Assembly: GCA_013265495.1 (NCBI GenBank)
Contig: MU057887.1
Span: 445,985 to 509,984, forward strand
Direction: 5' to 3'
Source of the DNA: Vicugna vicugna
Lineage: Eukaryota
DNA length: 64,000 nt
The notes under the pieces were generated by a model. That model was not told the DNA's origin. It saw nothing but the letters and a program-made list of their open reading frames with translations, and did not search any database. The translations under genes and the position numbers were made by a program. Positions within the stretch are counted from its first letter, which is position 1, and each line of letters opens with the position of its first letter. Of the stretch, positions 36,777 to 47,700 are shown piece after piece.

Positions 36777-36920
36777 GGCGGGGAGGGGATGGCTCAGTGG
36801 TAGAGCGTGTGCTTAGCATGCACCAGGTCCTGGGTTCAATTCCCCAGTCCCTCCATTAAAAAAATAAATAAACAAACCTAATTATCTCCCCCCCGAAATA
36901 AAATTTAAAAAATTTTTTAA
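36777..36920 (+). mobile_element. tRNA-Ala-derived SINE (Vic-1-like) with TSD
   Basis: GCTCAGTGGTAGAGCGTGTGCTTAGCATGCACCAGGTCCTGGGTTCAAT. TSD AAAAG(G/T)AGGA(C/T)ATGGC at 36761-36776 / 36921-36936. Confidence 0.85.
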
Positions 36921-37086
36921 AAAAGTAGGATATGGCCTATGGTCCCAAAGGATGTAAAATTTTTAAAGTAAAAAGTCTAGAGGGAAATGTACAATGCTAA
37001 CAGTTACTGCCTGTAGATAGTAGGATTATGGGCTTTTTAAACTTTTTTTTCCATATATTTCCTTTTTATATATATTAAAATTTTTT

Positions 37087-37909
37087 AAAATTGAAGTATA
37101 GTTAGTTTACAATGTCAGTTCCTGGTATAGTTCGTCATACATATACATACATTTATTCATTTTCATGTTCTTTTTTTCTTGTATATGTATATATATTTTT
37201 TATTGGAGTAAAGTCAGTTTACAATGTTGTGTCAGTTTCTGGTGTACAGCATAATGCTTCAATCGTACATTAACATGTATCGATTTTCATATTCTTTTTT
37301 ATTATAGGTTACTACAAGATACTGAATATAGTTCCCCATGCTATACAGTATAAACTTGTAGTTAATCTATTTTATTTATAGTAGTTAGTATCTGCAAATC
37401 TTGAACTCCCGATTTATCTCTTCCCACCCTCTTTTCCCCGTTGGTGACTGTAAGTTTGTCTTCTATGTCTGTGAGTCTGTTTCTGTTTTGTAAATAAGTT
37501 CATTTGTCTTTTTTAAGATACCACATCTAAGTGATATCATATGGTATTTTTCATCCTCTTTCTGGCTTCACTTAGAATGACAATCTTTAGGTCCATCCAT
37601 GTTGCTGCAAGTGGCATTATTTTATTCTTTTTTATGGCGGAGTAGTATTCCATTGTATAAATATACCACAACTTCTTTATCCAGTTCATCTGTCGATGGA
37701 CATTTAGGTTGCTTCCATGTTTTGTCTATCGTAAATAGTGCTGTTGTGAACATTGGGATGCAGGTATCTTTTTGAATTAAGGTTCCCTCTGAATATATGC
37801 CCAGGCTTGGGATTGCTGGATCATATGGTAAGTCCATTTTTAGTTTTTTGAGGAATCTCCATTCTGTTTTCCATAACGGCTACACCAAACTACATACCCA
37901 CCAACAGTG
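37087..37909 (-). mobile_element. 5'-truncated L1 (ORF2 C-terminus + 3'UTR) in FAM118A intron 1
   Basis: Minus [44 protein letters not shown] is the L1 ORF2 C-terminus. TSD TTAAAATTTTTT at 37075-37086 / 37910-37921. Confidence 0.88.
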
Positions 37910-38653
37910 TTAAAATTTTTTTAATATATTTCCTTCTTGATAGTAAGTATTATAGAATTAGGGGGAAATATGATTCTGGAAAAACTGTGGAAGATGGAAA
38001 TAGTTTGGCAATAGGGACCTAGCTGGTTTAAGATTCCTGTTTCATGTAAGCTAAGAATTGACCTTGTATTTTGACTGTTTTTTGGACTGGATTTTATTTG
38101 GCTGGTCTGGAGTTCAGTACGGCCAAGGGGAGGCCTGGCATCTCAGAAGACTTGCTCGAAGTGTCACGATCTATCTCAGGTGCACCACTCAGTAGCCTGC
38201 AGAGCTCATGGTCCCCTGGACGGTGTATCTGGCTTACTTTTTTATGCCATGTGCATCATCTTCCTCCTGTGATAAGTCATTTGTGTTCATGTTGACTGGA
38301 GGCTGTTCTGAAACACAGACATAAACAGGTCCATGTGCAAACACCCAGCACCGAGCCCACTGCTCCAGCTGTGCTCCGTCACCTGGTTTTCCTCTCTTTT
38401 CTGTCCAGTGTAGCACTTTGGAGAAGCTGAGTCTGAGACTTGGCCTGGCCTGCAAATCACAAGTTAGGAATGGGGGCTTAGGAACTGTTTTGGATGTATG
38501 TTTTTATAGATGATGCTTTTTGGATATTCTAATTTAAAGAAAGCTCCAGGACCTTTGATTTTAATTCCAGCCTCATCTCTCTTCCAGAATACTAATAAGA
38601 GAACTTTTATCTGGGAAGTAGAAGTTGCTTCTGAATCTCTTTAGGATTCACAG

Positions 38654-38700
38654 ATGGATTCAGTGGAAAAGACAACAAATAGAAGTGAACAAAAATCAAG
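38654..38700 (+). CDS. FAM118A: FAM118A exon 2, coding part (exon starts 38645)
   Basis: [32 protein letters not shown]; donor GTAAAT. Confidence 0.9.
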
Positions 38701-41700
38701 GTAAATAAAGTCGACTGCACTTTCAGACAGGTCTATGGCCTCCATCACAGGCCTCCTTGTCTGTTCTTTAGTACCTACGAAGGCGAAAGTGGGGTGAGAG
38801 CACTGGGTCAGGAGGGGAGCTCAGGGGCCCTGTAACTACCCCTTGCTTCCACGTGAGAAATGCTCCAGAAGGCAGTTTCCTTTCTGCCCAAGGAAGTGCC
38901 CATAGCCTGGTCCCCACACCAAGCAGCAGGTGATCAGAGGGTCACATCTAAGACCAGGGGTGCCACGCCTTGCAGGAAGGACGTCTCTGTCAGCGGGCAG
39001 GTTACGCTGTTGTGAAGTGAGGCTGGAGGAGGGGTGCTTGCCAGCGTGGGTTGGGACTGCTGCGTAGCGGAGGGCCGGCGCTTTGCCAGGGGTTTGCTTT
39101 TCTGTCACTGCAAGCAGGGATCATTTTGTCGTCATCGTTTGTATGCAGAAGCTCTTTGCATTTTTAAGGGAAATTAAACTGCTGAGCTTTGCTGTTCGTA
39201 AATGTCTATCACTTAAATGTGTGCTCAACACCATGGGGAACTCAAAGTGAGGAAGACACAACTGTCTCCAAGTCCCTTGTGGGATGAGGATAGAGCATGT
39301 GAAATTAATACACAAAAAAGAACAATGCACAGGATTTACTTCCAGTTAGTATAAGCTAGGGGGATGGTGTGTGTGTGTCCAGTGCAAGGCTGTACTTGAC
39401 CTCACCCTTCACAGGTGTTCCCAGACTGCACTGTTTTTCTTTGTGGTTGTAATACTTCCATGCTGACCGTCATTCTCTGCCTCCCTTGATTTTAAGTAGA
39501 AAGTTTCTGAAGAGCCTCATCCGGAAACAGCCCCAGGAGCTGCTCCTGGTCATTGGCACTGGTGTCAGCGCTGCCGTGGCCCCGGGCATCCCCGCGCTCT
39601 GCTCGTGGAGGGGCTGCATCGAGGCGGTCATCGAGGCCGCCGAGCAGCTGGAGGTGCTGCACCCAGGGGACGTGGCTGAGTTCCGCAGGAAGGTGATGAA
39701 GGACCGGGACCTGCTGGTTGTTGCCCACGATCTCATCCGGAAGATGTCCCCTGTAAGTCTTCTCAGACAAGGACTTTGGGTGGCACAGGGGGCAACTTGA
39801 TTCTGGGCACAGGTCAATCTGTGAATCTAGTGTTTTAATTTCTACAAGCCTGCGTCATGTTTGTTTCCCACAGAGCTGGGCTGATGAGCCAGAAATCTCT
39901 CAGTCCATTTGAATATTGTCTCTTTAAACAGAGGGGATGCCAGGCGCTGTGCGGGCTCCTGAAACAACCTGTGTTTCAGACGGAGCCTGGATACCTGAGC
40001 TTGTGTCAGGGACCAGCCTGCTGATCTCAGCCTTGGTTAGTGAAGGGTGGGGTGTCCAGGTCTGAGCAGGCCGGCCGGCCACGTCTCTCCTCATGACAGG
40101 TGGTTCCTAAGCACTTCAAGGTGGGAGAAGATGTAGCTTCTGTGTCTGCAGGTGGAAGGGACTACCAAGGGGGAAGGGCAGTGGGTGAGACAGAGATGCT
40201 CGCTGGGTGATGCCCTGGAGTCAGTGGGGCTGGTGCTCTCACCCAGGTCTCAGCCAGGTCATCGCCATCCAGGATGCGTGCGCACTGGCCTGTGGCAGGT
40301 TTCTGATTCTGTTTATTGAAGGACAGCCGTCATCTGAGGGGTGGGGAGATGTTGGATTGATAGGGAGAAAGTATGCAAACCAGCGTGCAGAATTCAGACT
40401 GCTGTGAAAAGAAACCTAAAAGCACATGGCTCAAATGTGACTGCATTTGTGTTTCTACAGAGAAGCCTGGGTGGGCAGCCACGGGAGAGCCTAGTGGTGT
40501 GGCTGTGGGGGGGACACGGGCTCCTTTTTCTTGGTCTGCCATCGTCACTCTGCAGCTTCCCCCTGACGCCCCAGGTTTGCCGCCCCAACTCCCACCATAA
40601 TGATGTGCGTCTTCTGGGGGGGGAGACTGGGACTGGGAGGGAGGGCCGTGCGGCATCCTGTCTGGATTTTGACAGGCAGGCCACATACCCCGCTCTGTTT
40701 TCATGGCATTGGCCAGAGTTCTCATGTGGCCAAACCTGGCTTCACCAGAGTCTGGGAGAGTCTGGGTGGCGTGCCAGGTGTGGGCGTCCTGTTCTCACGG
40801 GACAGCTGGCATCACAGGGCAGGGGTGGCTGCTGCTTGTTTTCATAAAGAGAGTGTGTCGGCTCAGAGCCGGCCGCCCGTCTGCGTGCTGCCAGTGGCCG
40901 CTGTCCCGCCCCAGGCAGGGCTGGGTAGTGGCCGCAGAGACCGCGACCGCGAAGCCTGCAGCTGCTTGTTCCCTGGTCCCTTAGAGACAGTAGCTGAGCC
41001 CTGTCCGGGGAGGCAGAGGGGGTAGACCAGAGGAGGGTCATAGGGCTGGGAGCCCGTTCAGAGGAGGTCATTCCTTTGAAGAGAGGCCAGCTCGGTTGAT
41101 ACTTGTTGAATCAAGGAGATGAGTATTTATCTTACTCTTTTCTTTACTTTTGTGTCTTTTTGAAAACTTCCGTAAAAAGAGCTGAAGTGAGGCCAGTCAG
41201 AATGGTGGTTTTCCCCAGCCATGTTCAGCAGGTTGAGAACAGATTTAGAGTAAGTGGAGAGTTAGTTTTATCAGGGTTGGGGTTTTGCCAGGGAAGTTGA
41301 CAGCGTTTTGAGGAGTAATTGCAGTGCTGCGTCGTGGAGTCTAGGCTGCCTGATGGGAGAAGTCAGGCCGGCGGCAGGTGAGAGACAGTGGGTCGTGGCA
41401 GCGTGTCTTGATGGGGTTGAAGTTTCCTGGGAGCCAGGGTGCAGGAGAGCTGGGCAGGTGGCGGGAGAGGCCGGACCAGGGGTTCTGGAAAGGGTCCCGC
41501 TGTTGGTGATGACAAGGTTTGGGATGTGACTGCGTCGTGGTTGGTGGAGGTGGGACAAGAGCGCAGTAGGAGAGTGCTGGGCGAGTTGAGAGGCCGTGGT
41601 ACAGACGGGGTCATCCACATGCAGGCACACCCGCCGCGAGCTATGACAGAGGTGGAGCTGGAGAGACTTGTGCACCCCCACATCTTCGCTGGTTGGGGCG

Positions 41701-44700
41701 TCGGGGTGCAGGGGTGTGGGGAGCCGGCTTCCAGTGGAGGAAGGAGGCAGACGTTCCCAGGAGAGGATGAAGACGTGGGGGCTTACTAAGGACGGGTCCC
41801 TGGGGACAGTGGAGGGGTTTTCAGGGCTGGGAGGGCTAGGAGAGCGTCAGAAAAGGGCGTGCCAGCCGTGGGGCAGCCGGCCTCTGCAGGGATATGCCTG
41901 GGGGAGAGCAGTGACGGCCACTCCCGAGCCTGAGGGGAGGGGGCGGCCCAGCCGAGGGCGGGCAGAGGGGTTGCGTGTGAACTCCGAGTTCAGGCTCCAC
42001 AGCCTGTGCCCCCAGCCCCGGGCGAGGCCGGTGAGGGGAGGTAGGACAGGCGGCGCAGGAAACCTCTGGACCCTGCGTCCTCCTTGCCCCGCCCCCGCTC
42101 CTCAGGTCCCCTTCACAGCAGCTCCCCAAGGGTAGATGTGTTTGCCCTCCTCCTGCGCCAGCCAGGCCCTGCCCCCCTGGGCAGTGGCCTTCGGCGCTGC
42201 ATCCACCCCGGACCTCCCCCTAGTCCTGCTGGAGCTCTTGGCAGCATGGCATGCTGCCTTTCATCTACTGTCCTAGACTGATGAGGAAGAGGAAGCTGGG
42301 CCTTTGTGTCTCTCGCAGAGGGAGAGGCGCAGTCTTCAGCGTGGTCCTCAGGGCCCCGCGTGACCAGCTTCCAGGTCACCTCTGACCTCACCTGTGACAC
42401 ATGCCTTCACTGTGCTCCGGAGGCCGGGCCAGTGCTCACCCCCCCCGCCTGTGCTGTCACCTCGGTGCCGTCTCACCTGTTCGTCCCTCTGATGGCGGCT
42501 CTCTCCAGGGCTCCTCACTTCTCAGCCTCTCCTCACACCCTGTATCCCAGCCCCTTCCTGATGCCCTTTGGCCCGTCCAACCTTTGCCCCCTCAGTACTC
42601 GCCCCTTTCTCTGCTTTGCTTTTCATCACGGTTGATGTCTTACTTACATTATTTGCATGTTATCTGTCTCTCTCCTCCTTTTACCTCTTTTAATAAACTC
42701 TACAAGGTCAGGGGGAGGGGACAGCTCAGTGGTAGAGTGCGTGCTTAGCATGCACGAGGTCCTGGTTTCAACCCTAGTACCTTGGTCAAAATAAATTAAA
42801 AAAACAACCCTAATTCCGCCCTCACAAAAAAAGACAAAACAAAAGTAAACCCTACAAGGTCAACAGATTTCTTTCTTTAAAAAAACAAAAGAAAACCCCC
42901 GTAGCCTAGCACCTGGTGTCGCAGCGCCCGCCTAGGCGCGCTGGCTGTTGACGGGTGATGTTTTTGTAACTCCGGTCCACCTCTCCGTAGCGCACGGGCG
43001 ACACCAAGCCCAACTTCTTCCAGGACTGCCTGATGGAGGTCTTCGACAACCTGGAGCAGCACATCCAGAACCCACTGGTGCTGCAGTCCATCCTCAGCCT
43101 GATGGACAGGGGCACCATGGTGCTGACCACCAACTACGACAACCTGCTGGAGATCTTCGGGCAGCAGCAGAGCAAGCCCATGGAGTCCCTGGACCTGAAG
43201 GACAAGACCAAGGTACGGGCCGGGGGCCAGGCCGGGCCGCGCCTTCGCACCGCCGGGGGGCAGCGGCCAGTTAGTGGTCAGGGAGGCGCCGCCCGCTCCC
43301 CGCCATGCAAGGAGCCGCGAGGGCCTGGGACGGAGGGCACTGCCCCCGCTTCTAGACGGGGGCGACGGTGGCGACGGTGGCAACGTCGCCCCCAGTTTGA
43401 TGCTGTGAATTGTGGTTAATTTGCTTACTTATTTATTTATTTTAACAAATTGGGGTTGCAGTGTATGTAAAGTTTTTATCCCTGTTTTTCTTCATTAATA
43501 CTCTACTGTGAGCATTTTGTCATTAAGCTGTTTTTATTGATTCATTTACTTGTTTACTTTTATTGAAGTGTAGTCAGTTACAGTGTGTACACAGTGTGCA
43601 CAGCATCATATTTCAGTCCTACATATACATACATGTATTCGTTTTCATATTTTTTCATTTAAGCTGTTTTTAGAAGCATGATTTTAAATGTAATTTCATT
43701 GTGAGGCTACACTATAGTTGTCACCTTCCTCTGTCATTGTTGGCACTCTTGACAGTTGTAAATAATGCTACAGGGGAAATTTTTACACTTTTAATAAATT
43801 CCTAGAAAAGTGTTAGGGTCAAAGGGTATGACTGTTTTAAAGAGAAATGATATAAATTACTGAAGTGTTTGCTGGAAGATTACCAGTGTCCATGCGCCCG
43901 CGCTATGTAAGGGGGAGTCCATTTCCCACATCTTGCCGGCACGTGGTGGTGCTGCAAACCAGACAGAGCACACTTCTCCCACTGGATAGGAGCACATGTT
44001 ACGTTTTTATTTGTCACTAAGGTTGAACATAATTTCGTTACATTGACTGTACTTCTGTGACCTGTTTGCCTAAAGACTTATAATATGACCACCAGCTCCC
44101 ATGCTGCCTGTGTTAACCTGCTCCACCATGGGAGGAGGCCTCAGCCCAGCTCCACACGCAGGGAAACTGAGGCACACTGAGACTGTGTCCCATTCGGGAC
44201 CCAGGAAGTGTGCCGGCTCGGCTCAACGCCGGGCTTCCCTTTGGCAGTCGCGGCCCAGGCCCCTGCCCTGTGAGGGGGCCGGGAGAGGCGCTGTCACCCT
44301 CATGGTGGGGCCGCTGGTGACACGTGATAGAACACCTGCTGCACGTCAGGACAGCGAGGGCCCATCTGTGAGGCTGCTCGCTGCTGCACATGGTGTCTCT
44401 GGAAATGCCCCGCAGATGGCGTGTAACAGAGACGCCGGCTGGTCCTGGGCCTGCGCCCGGCGGCAGGGGCGGTGGTGGCGGTCGATGGCCTGGGGCTGGC
44501 AGTCCCGCCCCCGATGCGAGAGGCCCGGCCTGAAGACGAAAGTGTGCACAAGTTGTGCGTCTCCTTAAGGACCTTGTTCTGCATCTTGACATGAAGTCAA
44601 CACAGAGCTACCTGAGGAATTATTTTTTCCATGTACATCTCTTTTGGGTGTAAAAACGATGTTTACACAGCAGTAATTAAAATACAACATGTGACTCAGA

Positions 44701-47700
44701 AGTGAAGGCCGTCCTGATCTCCCTAAAGGCACCGGTCTTAAAGGGCGAAACACTCTGAGATGCTGAAGGTACCTTCTCTGTCACTGTCTCGGGCTTTAGA
44801 GAGGCCCTTGCTGCTGTGGTGCGCGTGAGTAACCAGCACCAGCGGCCGAGGTGCCCGTGGGTCTTAAGGGCACAGCTATAAGGTAAAGCATCTCTCCTGC
44901 CGCTTCCAAGGTAGGTGAGAGGCCAGGAGCCGATGTAGGCATTTCCCTCTCGTGTGTGTCCGGCTTGCTCCCCGGCAGGTCCTGCGGTGGGCGAGGGGCC
45001 ACATCAAGTACGGAGTTCTGCACATTCACGGCCTGTACACCGACCCCTGCGGGATGGTGCTGGATCCTTCGGGATATAAAGACGTCACTCAGGACCCAGA
45101 AGTCATGGTACGCCCGGCCGGCCCGTCGCCGGCTGAGCCGTGGGGCGGTGTGTGCGGCCCTCTTGCCTAGGGGGGTGGTGGCACTTGTGCGGTGAGACTC
45201 CAGGCCCCAACGGTCTGGAACATTCTTCTCTGGCTGCTCCTCCCCACTCATCCCTTCTGTGTTCATTCAGCCACCTCCTCTCCTTTCTCTGCTTCACAAT
45301 CTCTTTAGCTTTCAAAACCTAGCTTTAAAATTTCACTCTTTGTGAGGTTATTTGATATCCTTGACGGAGTGAGGTGTTTGCAGACGCTGCTTCCCAGCTT
45401 TTTATAAGCTCGTTGATTATGGCTCTTAGGAGCCCCGGGGTCCTCACCGCCTCACCATCAAGCTCGGAGTCAGGCCTCTGGCCTCGGTGCTGATCCCTGC
45501 GCACAGGGTGGCCCCGTGGACGACTGGGCTGACGCCCTTCAGCTGCCTGAGGGATGGCGTCGGTGGGGATGAGAGATGCCCTGCTGACACTGAACCTCAC
45601 TGAGGTGTCTGGGTGTCTGAATTGGTGATTCTCTGCTGTGTGCCTGAGTGACCCCATTAATAATCTTGGCCTCCCCCTGCGCCTACTCCCTTGGGTCATT
45701 GTCACCAGTTCCCTCCTCAGCTCTCCTGCCCTCACTCCCTACAACCCTGTTCTCGGGACACCAGGCCCCTCCCTGCAACGTTCCCACCTGTGATCCATTG
45801 AGACATTCATTCCAGGGCACTGCACGTGCACAGCTCTAAACCAAAAAAAAACTTCATGTCCTTATGTTTTAACCATTTAAAGCTGTGCATAATTCTAGAA
45901 GGTCTGAATTGAGTGACCGCACTGACAAGGTTGCTGGTGGTGTGGTGAGCAGTAGCGCCTCTACACGGGTCTGAGGCCGGGGCCGGGGACCCTGGGTTGG
46001 AGACAGAGAGGCTCTTTCTTCCTGCCTTCCTTCCAGTGGGTCTTGGGAAAGGCCGCTTAGGCAGCCCGATTTAAAAGGGCAAGTGTGTGACGTTATGGTC
46101 TGTCCTAAGATCTTGCTGGCTTTCACAGGAAGTCTTCCAGAACTTGTACCGCACGAAGTCTTTTCTGTTTGTGGGCTGTGGAGAGACCCTGCGTGATCAG
46201 ATATTCCAGGCTCTCTTCCTCTATTCGGTGCCGAACAAGGTGGACTTAGAGCACTACATGGTTGTGCTCAAGGAGAGTGAAGACCACTTCTTCAAGCACC
46301 AGGCGGACATGCTTCTGCACGGAATTAAAGTCGTGTCCTACGGGGGCTGCTTTGACTATTTTCCAGGATATGTGCAAGACCTTGCTGCTCAGATCTGCCA
46401 ACAGCGAAGTCCAGGTACAGGATTTTTTTTTTTCACTTTTCAATGTACAAAACCGACAGGATTCTTCCAGTTTTTGCTTTTTTTTTTTGTAGATATACTT
46501 TACATACCATAAATTTGAGATGTAATTTTACATACAGTCAGATGCGCCAGTCTTCCCGTTATTTATTTATTTTTAGTGTCTCTGTGTACTTAAAAAACAG
46601 CAGATGGGGAACTTGGTGTGATGGTGACAGTCTGTAAGGAGAGCTCTGCTGCCACTTGCATAGCTGTGCGTGGAGCCCCACACGTCTGTCCCCGTTTCAC
46701 GCGACGTGGCAGCTTCACGTTGCCTTCCCCAGGAGGGGGCACTGCCCAGGCAGCTCCATTGGTTGTGACACTGAACACCTGGAAAATGGCGGAGTCTTGT
46801 ACCTTCACCCGTCACTGCGTTTTAAAAGCTAAAGCTGCAGAGGCACAAAGGGCTTTTATGAAGACTTTTCTTTCTGTTCTCATATGATGTCTTTTCCCTG
46901 TTCTGCTGAGTGCAACACACCTTTTCAGTGAATGTCCTCGGCCCTTCTTCTGGGGAGTTGGTCATCTGCCAGGAATGACCAAGGTGACTGAGCACTTCTT
47001 AAACTGGTCACCTGGACATAAAGGCTTTGAGGTTGGTGTCACTAAGCATGGATGACGGCAGACTTGGAAAGGCCTGTGTGGGCTCTCGTGTTGTAACAGG
47101 AAACCCAGCCGCGGTCACCCACGCGGTGGAGTTGGCTTAACCACCGAGGTGGCAGGACGTGACCAGTGGTGACCTTGAAGACTAGACAGCGCAGAGATCA
47201 TGGTGACCGAACGCACAGATAATCCAGCAACTTCATTTCTTCCCACTCGTCCTTTTCAGAATTGCTAATAATTAGCAAAATGGACCGATTTAAGCTGCAT
47301 TTCCATTAATAACAGCACACCTAGGACGGCAGGCAGTGTTTGCTGAGGGGGGAGGAGGGACTGCTGCCGCGTCACATGCTGCTCCCAAGTCTACGTTCTT
47401 GCGCTTGTTGCATCGTTAGTCCCAGCACCCGCTGCTGCTAAAGGATGAGGCAGGCTTGGCGGGGGGCTGACCTGCCTAGTTAGTGCCCGGGACCCCAGGC
47501 TGACAGCAGAGTGGAACGTGTGACTGGCTGTGTCCCCGCACGCGCTCTGGGGGGCAGCGGCTCCAGTCCCTCTGCCCCTTCCCACTGTCCCTCCCGCCTG
47601 CACTGGCACAGCTGCCTGGGGGGGCCAGCACCCAGCTGACGGCGGGGGCTTCCTGTCCCCGCTGGGCCCCCTGGCCGGACCCTGGCCGCTGAGTGGATTT

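Noticed and set aside
36781..36855. Near-complete tRNA-Ala(AGC) sequence (also at 42711 and 23909)
   Set aside because: Followed by an A-rich SINE tail, flanked by TSDs, with mismatched stems; these are SINE copies, not tRNA genes.
42373..42388. AGGTCA-cctc-TGACCT palindrome resembling an estrogen response element
   Set aside because: Spacer is 4 nt rather than the 3 nt of an ERE; a single motif has no other support.
43361..43390. GGCGACGGT repeat with a GGCGACG/CGTCGCC hairpin
   Set aside because: A 7-bp stem is expected by chance in GC-rich DNA; too short for a miRNA precursor.
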